Numbered from the stretch's first letter, positions 1 through 8,742 are shown. The stretch is 32,000 bases of DNA from Schaalia odontolytica (GCF_005696695.1 NZ_CP040006.1:840001-872000), one strand, 5' to 3'. The notes: a model not told the origin generated them from the sequence alone. Numbers and translations: made by a program.

Positions 1-713
1 ACTATGTGCGCGCGGACGTCAAGTGGGTTCCCGATGTCGATGGTTCGTCGCTCTACCTGCGTCCCTTCATGTTCGCCTCCGAGGAGTTCGTGGGCGTCCA
101 CCCCGCCGGCGTCGTCGACTACTACGTCATCGGCTCTCCGTCGGGTCCCTACTTCAAGGGCGGCCTGTCGGGCGTGGCCATCTGGGTGGAGCGCGAGTAT
201 CATCGCGCCGGCCCCGGCGGCACCGGCAGTGCCAAGGCGGGCGGCAACTATGCGGCCTCCCTGCTGCCCCAGATCCAGGCCGAGGCCAAGGGCTTCTCCC
301 AGGTCTGCTTCCTGGACACCTACGAGGGCAAGTACCTCGAGGAGCTGGGCGGCATGAACATGTTCGTCGTCATGGCTGATGGAACCATCCGCACCCCCGA
401 GCTCACCGGCGTCATCCTCGAGGGCGGCACGCGCAGCGCGATTCTGCGCATGCTGCGCGACCAGGGCGTGGACGTTCGCGAGGAGAAGATCGCCCTGTCC
501 GAGGTCGTGGACGGCATCCGCTCGGGCGCGGTCGCCGAGGTCTTCGCGTGCGGCACTGCCGCCGTGGTCACCCCGATCACGCGCCTGGCTGGCGACGACT
601 TCGATGTGGAGATCGAGGTGGGGGACAGGACCCGCGAGATCCACAAGCGTCTCACCGACATCCAGTGGGGCCGCGCCGAGGATCCCTACGGCTGGACGTA
701 CCGCCTGGTCTGA
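1..713 (+). CDS. ilvE: Branched-chain-amino-acid aminotransferase, C-terminal part (5' end lies outside the window)
   Basis: The frame is open from the window edge (track ORF 6..713). The translation has class-IV aminotransferase blocks: SLYLRPFMF, GTGSAKAGGNYAASL, GGMNMFVV, FACGTAAVVTPI. Stop TGA is at 711-713, followed by a hairpin. Confidence 0.9.
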   Translation, partial: YVRADVKWVPDVDGSSLYLRPFMFASEEFVGVHPAGVVDYYVIGSPSGPYFKGGLSGVAIWVEREYHRAGPGGTGSAKAGGNYAASLLPQIQAEAKGFSQVCFLDTYEGKYLEELGGMNMFVVMADGTIRTPELTGVILEGGTRSAILRMLRDQGVDVREEKIALSEVVDGIRSGAVAEVFACGTAAVVTPITRLAGDDFDVEIEVGDRTREIHKRLTDIQWGRAEDPYGWTYRLV

Positions 714-730
714 GCGCGATCGCTTGAGGG

Positions 731-773
731 AGCCACGGCCTCGTCGATTGATACGAGGCCGTGGCTTCTTTAT
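731..773 (+). terminator. Intrinsic terminator downstream of ilvE; also lies 3' of the convergent LysR gene
   Basis: AGCCACGGCCTCGT (731-744) pairs with ACGAGGCCGTGGCT (753-766) as a perfect 14-bp stem with an 8-nt loop. TCTTTAT follows on the + strand. Confidence 0.75.
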
Positions 774-797
774 GTGGTCGCGATGCAAAATTGGTCG

Positions 798-1703
798 TTA
801 CCGGTCAGTTCGCGCGATGACGTCCAGGAAGTCCCGTATGTGAGGGGGCGGAGTCGTCCCGGCCCAGATGGCGGTGAGCGGGCGGGTGATCTGGAGATTG
901 TTGATCCGAACTCGCACGAGTCGGCCGGCGCGGGCGTCCTCGGACACGGCGAGGGAGCTCAACGCGCCGGGGGCTATGCCGGCCATAATCGCGCTGCGAA
1001 CGCCGAGCGTGGTCGTCAGCACGGCTGCGGGCTCGGCTGCGAGGGGAAAGCCCGCCTCGGTGAGGGCGTCCTCGAGCGCTTGTCGGGTGCCGCTGCCGGT
1101 CTCGCGGAGCACCAACCCAGTGCCCGCCAGTTCACGGACGGACACCCGGCGGGTCTTCGCCCATCGGTGACCGTGCTGCACAACGACTTCGATGGTGTCG
1201 TAAGCGACGGTGACCGACCGGAGGCCGGCGGGAATGACAGGGGTCTCGACGAGCCCGAGGTCTGCGGTTCCCTCGCGTATGGCCTCGACGACCGTGCTGC
1301 TGTTGGCGGCTGTGAGTTGAACGACCGGGCCGTCATTGCCGTGAGAGATGCGCCACCGGGCGATCCAATCCGGTAGGAGGTGTTCTGCGATCGTGAGGCT
1401 CGCGGCGATGCGCATCATCTTCCCGCGATCCGTGCGGAGCGAGTTGACAGCATCCGAGAACTCGTCGGCCGCTGTCAGCAGCGTTGTTCCCCAGCCAACA
1501 ACCAGCTCGCCTGTCGGAGTCAGTCGGGAGCCCCGTGCGGAACGCACCAGCAGTCGCATGCGCAGATCTTTTTCCAGGTTCCGGATGCGCAGAGATATCG
1601 CCTGCTGACTCACGCCCAACTGCGCGCTTGCCGCCGACATGCTGCCTTCCTTCGCGACGAGCGCCAAGACTCGCAGTGCCTCCAAGTCCGGCTCGTAGTG
1701 CAT
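798..1703 (-). CDS. LysR-family transcriptional regulator
   Basis: Track ORF 798..1727. N-terminal HTH LRVLALVAKEGSMSAASAQLGVSQQAISLRIRNLEKDL, followed by a LysR substrate-binding-type domain. Start moved to ATG 1703 (MHYEPDLEAL) because a GGAGG sits 6 nt upstream. ATG 1727 is the alternative. Confidence 0.85.
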   Translation of the reverse strand: MHYEPDLEALRVLALVAKEGSMSAASAQLGVSQQAISLRIRNLEKDLRMRLLVRSARGSRLTPTGELVVGWGTTLLTAADEFSDAVNSLRTDRGKMMRIAASLTIAEHLLPDWIARWRISHGNDGPVVQLTAANSSTVVEAIREGTADLGLVETPVIPAGLRSVTVAYDTIEVVVQHGHRWAKTRRVSVRELAGTGLVLRETGSGTRQALEDALTEAGFPLAAEPAAVLTTTLGVRSAIMAGIAPGALSSLAVSEDARAGRLVRVRINNLQITRPLTAIWAGTTPPPHIRDFLDVIARTDR

Positions 1704-1756
1704 CTTCCGCCTCCCAGCCACAAGCATAACTTGTATAGCGGACCGTATCTGCCTCT

Positions 1757-1772
1757 ACTCGCGCAAGCGAGT
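1757..1772. promoter_or_regulatory. Inverted repeat ACTCGC-GCAA-GCGAGT in the LysR/YeiH divergent spacer (candidate LysR box)
   Basis: Perfect 6-bp arms with a 4-nt spacer read directly from the sequence. It lies between the two divergent start codons (1703 and 1792). Its function is inferred only. Confidence 0.3.
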
Positions 1773-1791
1773 CCCAGGAAACAATGGATGC

Positions 1792-2853
1792 ATGACACAG
1801 ACACAGAACATTGCGACTGCCCGACCGGAACACACGCTGCTTGCCCGAGTCCGCGCGCTCCTGCCCGGGCTTGTCCTCTGCCTGGCCGCGGCCGGAGCAT
1901 CGTACGGGGTCAGCCTGCTGCTGCCGGGAGTCAGCCCGCTCATTATCGCGATCGTGCTTGGCGTACTCCTGGCCAACGTCGTCCGGCTGCCAGCAGCGGC
2001 CTCCGACGGCATCGACTTCTCCGCGAAAAAGCTCCTGCGCGCCGGCATCGTCTTCCTCGGACTCCAGCTGGTACTGACCGACATCCTCGACCTCGGAGCC
2101 CCAATGCTGGTCGTCGTCGTGTGCATTGTCGCCGGCGGTCTGCTCGGCACCGTTCTCCTGGGGAGGCTGCTGCGGGTTCCATCCGGGCTCTCGCTGCTCA
2201 TTGCCTGCGGATTCTCCATCTGCGGCGCGGCAGCCGTGGCGGGCGCGGCAGGGGTCACCGACCCGGACGACGAGGCCGAGGAAGACACCATCACCGCGGT
2301 CGCCCTCGTGGTGATCTTCGGAACGCTGATGATTGCCCTCGTCCCACTGCTCGCGAACCTGCTTGGCCTGGGCTCCGAGACGGCCGGGATGTGGGCCGGG
2401 GGTTCCATCCATGAAATCGCGCAAGTCGTCGCGGCCGGAGGCATCATCGGCGGCGGAGCGCTCACGGTCGCGGTCATCGTCAAACTCGCCCGAGTGCTGC
2501 TGCTCGCCCCGGTCGTGGCCATCCTCAGCATCCGGGAGCGCCGTCTCAGCCGTACGGCAGGCGAACCCAGTCAACAGAGGTCGAGTTCGAAGCTGCCGCC
2601 CATCGTCCCGCTGTTCATCATCGGGTTCATCGCCATGGTGCTCCTGCGTTCCTTTATCCCTCTGCCGGACTTCGTGCTGACGACCGGCGGGCTGCTGCAG
2701 ACAGGGTTGCTGGCTGCAGCGATGTTCGGACTCGGCTGCGGCGTCAAGATTCGGAACCTCATCAAGGTGGGCCTCAAGCCCTTCGCCCTGGCCGCGCTCT
2801 CCACCCTCCTCGTCGCCACCATCGCCTATTGCGGAGTCGCCCTCGCCGGCTGA
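1792..2853 (+). CDS. YeiH/UPF0324-family membrane protein (putative sulfate exporter family transporter)
   Basis: 353-aa polytopic membrane protein. Blocks typical of the YeiH family: LPGVSPLIIAIVLGVLLAN, FSICGAAAVAG, GGSIHEIAQVVAAG. It is divergent from a LysR gene, as with yeiE-yeiH in E. coli. Confidence 0.8.
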   Translation: MTQTQNIATARPEHTLLARVRALLPGLVLCLAAAGASYGVSLLLPGVSPLIIAIVLGVLLANVVRLPAAASDGIDFSAKKLLRAGIVFLGLQLVLTDILDLGAPMLVVVVCIVAGGLLGTVLLGRLLRVPSGLSLLIACGFSICGAAAVAGAAGVTDPDDEAEEDTITAVALVVIFGTLMIALVPLLANLLGLGSETAGMWAGGSIHEIAQVVAAGGIIGGGALTVAVIVKLARVLLLAPVVAILSIRERRLSRTAGEPSQQRSSSKLPPIVPLFIIGFIAMVLLRSFIPLPDFVLTTGGLLQTGLLAAAMFGLGCGVKIRNLIKVGLKPFALAALSTLLVATIAYCGVALAG

Positions 2854-2898
2854 ACATGGCTCACCAGGGCGTCACTACGCGCCGCAAACGGTCCAAAG

Positions 2899-2912
2899 TG
2901 ACACTGGTGTCA
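2899..2912. promoter_or_regulatory. Palindrome TGACAC-TG-GTGTCA upstream of the ABC exporter operon (candidate operator)
   Basis: Perfect 6-bp arms about 60 nt upstream of the cydD-like start. There is no other support. Confidence 0.25.
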
Positions 2913-2972
2913 GAACCTAACTAAGGGTATCCTTGGTTGTGTACTCGTGTGCGTCATGTTGATAGGAGAACA

Positions 2973-4574
2973 ATGAAACGCGCGATCGTGGTCGTCTGCT
3001 CGTGGGCAGCGGCTCTGTGCCTGGCCGCCGCCTACCTGGCGATCGGCTGGGGCATCGATGATATTGCGGGACACAACGCCTGGTCGACGTGGTGGATCAG
3101 CGTGCTGGGGGCCCTGGGATCGGGCGTGTTCGCGTGGGCGGTCAGCGCCCTGGGAGCTGCCCAGATGAACCAGATGGAACCCGCGCTGCGCCATTCGATG
3201 ATCCGACAGGTCTTCGCCCTGGGGCCCTCGCAGCGCACCAACGAGCGTGCGGGGCGCGTCGTCAACTCCGCCACCGACGGCGTCGAGCGCGTCGCCGCCT
3301 ACAAGGGCATCTTCCTGGCCCCCATGATCGCGTCGCTGACGACCCCGATCCTCGTCGTCATCGTCGTCGCCCTGACGATCGACCCGGCCGCGGGCGGATT
3401 CCTCGCGATCGCGATCCCGCTGGTCCCGATCTGCGTCATGGGCTTCCGCAAGGCCTTCAAGCCGGTGTCCTCGCGCTATCGCCACGCCTCGCGCCAGCTC
3501 GCCGCCAAGGAGCTCGACGCCATCCAGGGACTGGGCGACCTGGCGCTTATGAACGCGGGCAAGGATATGGGCAAGCGCCTGGCCGAGGCCGCCGAAGAGG
3601 TCCGCTCGAAGGTCATGAGCTACCTGGCTGGCAACCAGCTGATCCTCCTCGTCATCGACTCCGTCTTCTCCCTCGGCATGATCACCGGCGCGATCGCGCT
3701 GGCCCTCATCCGTTACAAGCAGGGTGCGATCAGCGTCGGCGAGGGCATTTCCCTCGTGCTGCTCTCCTCGATCATGCTCGACCCGCTGGACCGCATCGGC
3801 CAGTTCTTCTACATCGGCATGGGCGGCATCGCGGCCAACAAGGAGATCAAGAAGTTCATCAAGCAGACCCCGCCGGTCGTGGACGCCAAGGGTGTTAAGG
3901 CCCCGGCCATCCCGCCCCAGCGCGGCGAGATCCGCCTCAGTGGTGTGTCCTTCTCCTACACCAAGGACACGCCGGTTCTGCAGGGTGCGAACCTGACCCT
4001 CACCCAGGGAGAGCACGTCGCGCTCGCTGGCCCCTCGGGCGCCGGAAAGTCCACAATCTCGGCGCTGCTGCAGGGCTTCCTGCGTCCGACGCGAGGCCGC
4101 GTGAGCCTCAACGGTGTCGACCTGGCGACCGCGCCCCTGTCGTGGGTGCGCGCCCAGACCGCGGTCGTCGAGCAGAGCACCTACCTGTTCTCTGGCACGC
4201 TGCGCGACAACCTGCTCCTGGCCTCTCCCGCGGCCACGGACGACCAGCTGATCGAGGCCCTGCGCGCCGCGCACCTGGGGGAGTTTGTTGACACGCTACC
4301 CGGCGGCCTGGATGCTCGCGTGGGTGCCCGAGGTCTGGCCGTGTCCGGCGGCGAGGCCCAGCGCATCGCGATCGCCCGCGCCTTCCTGAAGAACGCGTCG
4401 ATCATGATCCTGGACGAGCCCACCGCCCACGTCGACCTGGCCTCCGAGCGCGAGATCCTCGCGTCGCTGGAGACCGTGTGTGCCGGGCGCACGACCCTGA
4501 CGATCTCCCACCGAGACGCCACCATCAAGGGCGCCGACCGCGTCGCGACCCTGCAGGAAGGAACGATCCGATGA
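2973..4574 (+). CDS. cydD: ABC exporter, fused permease/ATPase, CydD-like subunit
   Basis: Track ORF 2937..4574. Start set at ATG 2973, with AGGAGA at 2964-2969. N-terminal six-helix TMD, then Walker A GPSGAGKST, signature VSGGEAQRIAIARA, Walker B IMILDEPTAHVD and H-loop ISHR. Confidence 0.8.
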   Translation: MKRAIVVVCSWAAALCLAAAYLAIGWGIDDIAGHNAWSTWWISVLGALGSGVFAWAVSALGAAQMNQMEPALRHSMIRQVFALGPSQRTNERAGRVVNSATDGVERVAAYKGIFLAPMIASLTTPILVVIVVALTIDPAAGGFLAIAIPLVPICVMGFRKAFKPVSSRYRHASRQLAAKELDAIQGLGDLALMNAGKDMGKRLAEAAEEVRSKVMSYLAGNQLILLVIDSVFSLGMITGAIALALIRYKQGAISVGEGISLVLLSSIMLDPLDRIGQFFYIGMGGIAANKEIKKFIKQTPPVVDAKGVKAPAIPPQRGEIRLSGVSFSYTKDTPVLQGANLTLTQGEHVALAGPSGAGKSTISALLQGFLRPTRGRVSLNGVDLATAPLSWVRAQTAVVEQSTYLFSGTLRDNLLLASPAATDDQLIEALRAAHLGEFVDTLPGGLDARVGARGLAVSGGEAQRIAIARAFLKNASIMILDEPTAHVDLASEREILASLETVCAGRTTLTISHRDATIKGADRVATLQEGTIR

Positions 4575-6328
4575 CCCGCAGGCAACTGTCTCTTCGACTC
4601 CTGTCGATCACGCGGCGCGTCCTGCCGCCCCTCGCGGCCTCCATCGCCGCCCGCATCGTCTTCCTCATCATTGGCATCGCCCTGTTCGCCCTGGGCGGCT
4701 GGGCTGTCGCCGGCCTGGCGTCGGGGGAGAGCGCCTGGAGCATCGCGCTGATCATCTGCTGCGCCATCGGCCTGAGCCTCCTCAAGGGCTTGGCCCGCTA
4801 CCTCGAGCAGTTCGCCGGTCACTTCGTGGCCTTCCACTCCCTGGCGATGCTGCGCAACTACTTCTACGACCAGCTCGAGCCCCAGGCTCCCGCGGGCACG
4901 GATCGCCTGGATTCGGGCGACATCATGAACCGCGTGACGAAGGATATCGACCGCGTCGAGGTCTTCTTCGCCCACACGCTCGCCCCCGTCACGACGGCCG
5001 TCATCGTTCCGATCCTGTCTATCGTGTGGATGGGTAGCGCGGTGTCCTGGACGCTGGCCGCCGTGTTGGCACCCTTCCTCTTGATCGTCGGCGCGGTCAT
5101 TCCCTTCCTGGGTTCCGGCTCGACCGCGCGTGCGGCGCGTGAGCTGCGCGAGGCCCGGGGTGCGATTGCCGCCCACGTGACCGACTCGGTGCAGGGCGTG
5201 CGTGAGGTCCTCGCCTTTGGGGCCGAGGAACGCCGCGAGGCCGAGATGAGCGCCATCGAAAAGCGCATCTCCTCGGGTCTGGGCACTCAGGGCCGCTGGA
5301 TCGCGCTGCGGCGAGGCCTCAACCAGGCAGCCGTCGCCCTCGGCATCGTCACGGTCGCCATGGTCGCGGGCTCGAACGTGCTTGCCGACACGCTGACGCT
5401 GCCCCAGGCGGGCCTCGCCCTCGGTATCGCGATGGGATCCTTCGGACCGGTCCTTGCGGTCGAGGAGTTCGCCGCGGACCTGGATCAGGCCTTCGCGTCG
5501 GCCGCCCGCGTCTTTGCGATCACGGACCGTGCGCCCGCCGTCGCCGACCCGACCGACCCCAAGGCCCTGACCCCGGGCGACATTGAGTTCACCGACGTGA
5601 CCTTCTCCTACCTGACGGACGCGCCCGCGCCCGCCCCCACGGTCCTGGACGGCGTGAGCATCCACATCTCCGCCGGCAAGCGCACCGCCATCGTGGGTGC
5701 CTCCGGCTCGGGCAAGTCGACGCTGGCCTCGCTGCTGACCCGCACGTGGGACCCGGCCTCGGGCACCGTCACGATCGGCGGCACGAACGTGGCCGCGGTG
5801 TCCCTGCGCGACCTGCGCGCGACAGTCGCCTCTGCGCCCCAGCGCCCCTACCTGTTCAACGACACGCTGCGCGCCAATCTGCTGCTCGCCGCACCGCAGG
5901 CGAGCGAGGAGGACCTGGAGCGCGCGCTGGAGGCCGTGGACCTCACCGACTGGCTGGCCACGGAAAAGGACGGCCTGGACACGGCGGTCGGTGACATGGG
6001 CGAGCGCCTCTCGGGCGGCCAGCGTCAGCGCCTGGCCCTGGCCCGCGCGCTCCTGCGAGACGCCCCGATCTACGTGTTTGACGAGGCCACGAGCCAGGTC
6101 GACCCGGCCACCGAGGCGCGCGTGCGCGAGGGCATCGCCCGCGTCGCGAAGGGGCGTACCATCGTCGAGATTGCCCACCGCATCAGCGCCGTGCGCGATG
6201 CCGACCAGATCATCGTCATGGACGCGGGCCGCGTCGTGGAGACCGGCACCTACGCCGAGCTGCACGCGCGCGGAGGTGCGCTCGCCGCCCTCGAGGCGCG
6301 CGAAACCACCGATCAACCCAGCGCCTGA
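4571..6328 (+). CDS. cydC: ABC exporter, fused permease/ATPase, CydC-like subunit
   Basis: ATG 4571 overlaps the upstream stop (ATGA at 4571-4574). The TMD block LRNYFYDQLEPQAPAG...SGDIMNRVTKDIDRVEVFF resembles CydC. Walker A GASGSGKST, signature LSGGQRQRLALARA, Walker B IYVFDEATSQVD, H-loop IAHR. Confidence 0.8.
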   Translation: MTRRQLSLRLLSITRRVLPPLAASIAARIVFLIIGIALFALGGWAVAGLASGESAWSIALIICCAIGLSLLKGLARYLEQFAGHFVAFHSLAMLRNYFYDQLEPQAPAGTDRLDSGDIMNRVTKDIDRVEVFFAHTLAPVTTAVIVPILSIVWMGSAVSWTLAAVLAPFLLIVGAVIPFLGSGSTARAARELREARGAIAAHVTDSVQGVREVLAFGAEERREAEMSAIEKRISSGLGTQGRWIALRRGLNQAAVALGIVTVAMVAGSNVLADTLTLPQAGLALGIAMGSFGPVLAVEEFAADLDQAFASAARVFAITDRAPAVADPTDPKALTPGDIEFTDVTFSYLTDAPAPAPTVLDGVSIHISAGKRTAIVGASGSGKSTLASLLTRTWDPASGTVTIGGTNVAAVSLRDLRATVASAPQRPYLFNDTLRANLLLAAPQASEEDLERALEAVDLTDWLATEKDGLDTAVGDMGERLSGGQRQRLALARALLRDAPIYVFDEATSQVDPATEARVREGIARVAKGRTIVEIAHRISAVRDADQIIVMDAGRVVETGTYAELHARGGALAALEARETTDQPSA

Positions 6329-6353
6329 CAGGCGCGAGCGCGCGGGGGATGGG

Positions 6354-6366
6354 GCCACGGCCTCGT
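6354..6366. repeat. Solo copy of the 13-mer GCCACGGCCTCGT (REP-like family)
   Basis: Identical to 732-744 and 26796-26808 and complementary to 753-765 and 26757-26769. I could not see a nearby partner arm. Confidence 0.6.
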
Positions 6367-6395
6367 CCCTCGCGTGTTGACGCGCCCGATACCGA

Positions 6396-6401
6396 TAGGA
6401 T
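6396..6401 (+). promoter_or_regulatory. Candidate -10 hexamer TAGGAT, 7 nt upstream of the manA ATG (leaderless arrangement; could alternatively be an AGGA Shine-Dalgarno)
   Basis: TAGGAT-tcaacct-ATG read directly from the sequence. Confidence 0.35.
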
Positions 6402-6408
6402 TCAACCT

Positions 6409-7626
6409 ATGGAAAGACTGATCGGCTGGACGAAAGCTGACGCGTGGGGCTCCACGAACGCGATCCCCGAGTTCCTGGGGGCCGCCGCCGGGGACGACCC
6501 GGTGTCCGAGGTGTGGTTCGGCGCCCACCCGGACGGACCGACGCTGCTGACGGGCGGGCAGACCCTCGCCGAGCACATCGGCGAGGACCCCAAGCGAGCG
6601 CTCGGCGGTGGCCTGCTCTACGCGTTTGGGCCGACCCTGCCGTACCTGGCGAAGATCATCGCCCCCGCGCAGACCCTGAGCCTGCAGGTGCATCCGACGA
6701 AGGAGATCGCGCGCGAAGGCTATCTGCGCGAGGAGGTCCTGGGCATCGAGCGCACGGACACGCGCCGCGTCTACCGGGACATGAACCACAAGCCCGAGAT
6801 GATCTACGCGCTCACCGAGTTCAGTGCGCTCGTCGGCTTCCGCGTGCCGCGCAAGGCCCGCCAGCTCCTCGTCGGACTGGAGGGTGAGCTCGCCGACCGC
6901 CTGCGTCACAGGCTCAAGCTGTCCACCGTGCGCGGAGGCCTGCGCTCCCTGGCCACGTGGCTCTTCGACGAGGACTCCCCGGCGACCCCGGAGCGTGTCG
7001 AAGAGTTCGTGGCCGCGTGCCGCTCCCGCCTCGCGTCGGGCACGTCCCCCTCGCCGCGTACGGACGAGCTCGTGAGTGTCCTGGGGGAGAAACACCCGGG
7101 CGATCCGGGCATCATCGTCGCCTTCCTCATGAACCCGGTGTCCCTGCGCCCGGGCGAGGCCGTCTACATTCCGCCGCGCCAGATCCACGCCTACCAGTCG
7201 GGCCTAGGCATCGAGGTCATGGCGTCCTCCGACAACGTCGTGCGCGCGGGCCTCACCGGCAAGTACGTGGACTCCGCCCAGCTCGTGGAAATCACCGAGT
7301 TCTCGGCGCTGCCGCCCGTGCGCGTGGCACCCGAGCATCCCTCGGCGACGACGGACCGCTTCCTGGCACCCGCCCAGGAGTTCGAGCTATCGGTGACGAC
7401 GCTCGCGCCCGGCAAGCACACGTCCCGCGTGGACGAGGTCGCCGTGCCTGGGGAAGGCCCGCGCATCGTCATCGCGACCTCCGGGTCGGTCACCCTGCAC
7501 GTGAGCGAGGAGCAGGGCGGGGACAGCGTGGAGCTGGCGCGTGGCCAGGCTGTGTTCATCTCAGCCGCCGAGCGCCGCGCGTGGGCGTACGGCACCGGCT
7601 CGTTTGTGCAGGTCGCGGCCCCCTGA
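6409..7626 (+). CDS. manA: Mannose-6-phosphate isomerase, class I
   Basis: Track ORF 6349..7626, start set at ATG 6409 (MERLIGW). PMI type-I blocks: EVWFGAHP, LPYLAKIIAPAQTLSLQVHP, YRDMNHKPEMIYAL, IHAYQSG, ASSDNVVRAGLT. Confidence 0.9.
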   Translation: MERLIGWTKADAWGSTNAIPEFLGAAAGDDPVSEVWFGAHPDGPTLLTGGQTLAEHIGEDPKRALGGGLLYAFGPTLPYLAKIIAPAQTLSLQVHPTKEIAREGYLREEVLGIERTDTRRVYRDMNHKPEMIYALTEFSALVGFRVPRKARQLLVGLEGELADRLRHRLKLSTVRGGLRSLATWLFDEDSPATPERVEEFVAACRSRLASGTSPSPRTDELVSVLGEKHPGDPGIIVAFLMNPVSLRPGEAVYIPPRQIHAYQSGLGIEVMASSDNVVRAGLTGKYVDSAQLVEITEFSALPPVRVAPEHPSATTDRFLAPAQEFELSVTTLAPGKHTSRVDEVAVPGEGPRIVIATSGSVTLHVSEEQGGDSVELARGQAVFISAAERRAWAYGTGSFVQVAAP

Positions 7627-7734
7627 CCGGGGTGCGTCGCGCGCCGTGACGAGGCCGTGAATGGGAGCGTTGTCAAGTCGTCCCACGTGGTGGTCTTGGT
7701 TCCTGGAAAAGCCTTGTAGGCGCGCAGTTTTCCT

Positions 7735-7781
7735 CTAAAATAAGGAGCAGGGCCTCATCTCCGCTCGCTGCGACGAGGCCC
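7735..7781 (-). terminator. Intrinsic terminator for the minus-strand amidotransferase gene
   Basis: GGGCCTCATC (7750-7759) pairs with GACGAGGCCC (7772-7781) at 9 of 10 bp. On the minus strand it is followed by TGCTCCTTATTTTAGAGG, which is U-rich. Confidence 0.55.
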
Positions 7782-7788
7782 GATTGTC

Positions 7789-7831
7789 AATCGCAGTGTG
7801 GGTACCGCGTGGGGGTGCCCGCACTGCGATT
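7789..7831 (-). terminator. Additional strong hairpin immediately 3' of the amidotransferase gene
   Basis: AATCGCAGTG (7789-7798) pairs with CACTGCGATT (7822-7831) as a perfect 10-bp stem, extendable through GTGGG/CCCGC. No clear U-tract, so its role is uncertain. Confidence 0.35.
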
Positions 7832-7842
7832 CTGTTTGCGCC

Positions 7843-8535
7843 TTAGAAGACGCCGGAGACCCAGTCGGCGAGCGTCTTGCAGGTGGAGGCCAGCTCGCCC
7901 TCGTGGGCGTTGTAGCCGGCGACGATGTCCTCGGTGTCGACGTCCTCGTTGTTCACTGCCCACACGGTCGCTGTCTCGCGCGTGACCTCGGGGTGGAACT
8001 GGACGCCTAGGGCGGTGCCGAAGGAGAAGATCTGCGTGTACTTGTCCGAGCGTGCCCACTCGCGCGCTCCGTGGGGGAGTTCCACGATGGCGTCGCCGTG
8101 GTCGGCGAACACCGTGTGGGTCGAGGCCAGGGCCATGCGCAGGGGGACGGCTCCGCCGCCGCCCGCCTGGTCGTTCGTGCCCCACGTCAGGGGAATAACG
8201 CCGTATTCGGGGCCCGCTGGGTCGGCGACGCTGACGCGCCCGCCGAAGGTCGCGGCGATCAGCTGGGCACCCAGGCAGATGCCGAGCACCCGGATGTTGG
8301 CGCGCACGCAGCGGCGCAGCAGCTCGCGTTCGGCTTCCAGCCACGGCCATGCCTCGTCGTCGTAGGCGTTGGCGCGGCCACCCAGCAGGATGAGGGCGCC
8401 CGGCAGGGGAGCGGCCGCCAGGTCCTGGAGGCGCTGCGGGTCCTCCCAGGTGCGCACCACCTCGTGACCGCCGAGGAAGGCGGACAACTGACCCACCGGA
8501 ACGATCGGGTCGTTTTGAATCACGAGGATGTTCAT
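7843..8535 (-). CDS. Class-I (type 1) glutamine amidotransferase domain protein
   Basis: 230 aa. Nucleophile elbow GICLGAQL and the GVQFHPE histidine/glutamate motif are both present. Confidence 0.85.
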   Translation of the reverse strand: MNILVIQNDPIVPVGQLSAFLGGHEVVRTWEDPQRLQDLAAAPLPGALILLGGRANAYDDEAWPWLEAERELLRRCVRANIRVLGICLGAQLIAATFGGRVSVADPAGPEYGVIPLTWGTNDQAGGGGAVPLRMALASTHTVFADHGDAIVELPHGAREWARSDKYTQIFSFGTALGVQFHPEVTRETATVWAVNNEDVDTEDIVAGYNAHEGELASTCKTLADWVSGVF

Positions 8536-8541
8536 ACGCCA

Positions 8542-8547
8542 ATTGTA
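8542..8547 (-). promoter_or_regulatory. Candidate -10 hexamer TACAAT, 6 nt upstream of the amidotransferase ATG (leaderless arrangement)
   Basis: The minus strand reads TACAAT-tggcgt-ATG. No Shine-Dalgarno is present. Confidence 0.5.
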
Positions 8548-8691
8548 GTCGCGATCACGCGCGGATACCTATCGGCCCTTGAAGAAAGCGAACAGCTGGC
8601 GCTCGCGGACGCGCCGCAGCCCCCAATCCCGGAACCCGACGCGGCGTGCGATCCCCACCGCAGCAGGCCGACCCGGAAGCGGGGGCTGCAA

Positions 8692-8709
8692 CACACAATC
8701 CATTGTGTG
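8692..8709. promoter_or_regulatory. Perfect AT-rich palindrome CACACAAT-CC-ATTGTGTG (candidate operator)
   Basis: 8-bp perfect arms read directly. It lies between the MetE-like terminator and the amidotransferase promoter. No U-tract follows on either strand. Confidence 0.3.
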
Positions 8710-8742
8710 ACGCCAAACTCAAAAAACAAGGAGCTTTGGCTG

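Noticed and set aside
1704-1727. Longer LysR start at ATG 1727 (MLVAGRRK...).
   Set aside because: The GGAGG lies inside this extension, correctly spaced for ATG 1703. The HTH alignment also starts right after Met-9. It is kept as an alternative only.
4181-6358. 725-aa ORF on the minus strand. Similar long antisense ORFs: 2910..4274, 1333..2574, 8646..10187, 10291..11916, 12114..13292, 20619..22010, 21941..23098, 23392..24996, 26591..28129, 28058..29200, 30386..31990.
   Set aside because: Each lies antisense to, or out of frame with, a gene with clear family motifs. Their translations are low-complexity and Arg/Gly/Ala/Asp/His-rich with no recognisable domains. This is the usual stop-codon-poor artefact of high-GC DNA.
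7742-7747. AAGGAG in an AT-rich patch that looks like a ribosome-binding site for a small + strand gene.
   Set aside because: No start codon follows at a usable distance. On the minus strand the patch is the U-tract (TTATTTTA) of the amidotransferase terminator.
7797-7810. GTGGGTACCGCG resembles the T-box core GGTGGTACCGCG (10 of 12).
   Set aside because: It sits in the loop of a 10-bp hairpin between two convergent gene ends. No downstream gene on the + strand and no specifier or Stem-I elements are present, so I treat it as coincidental.
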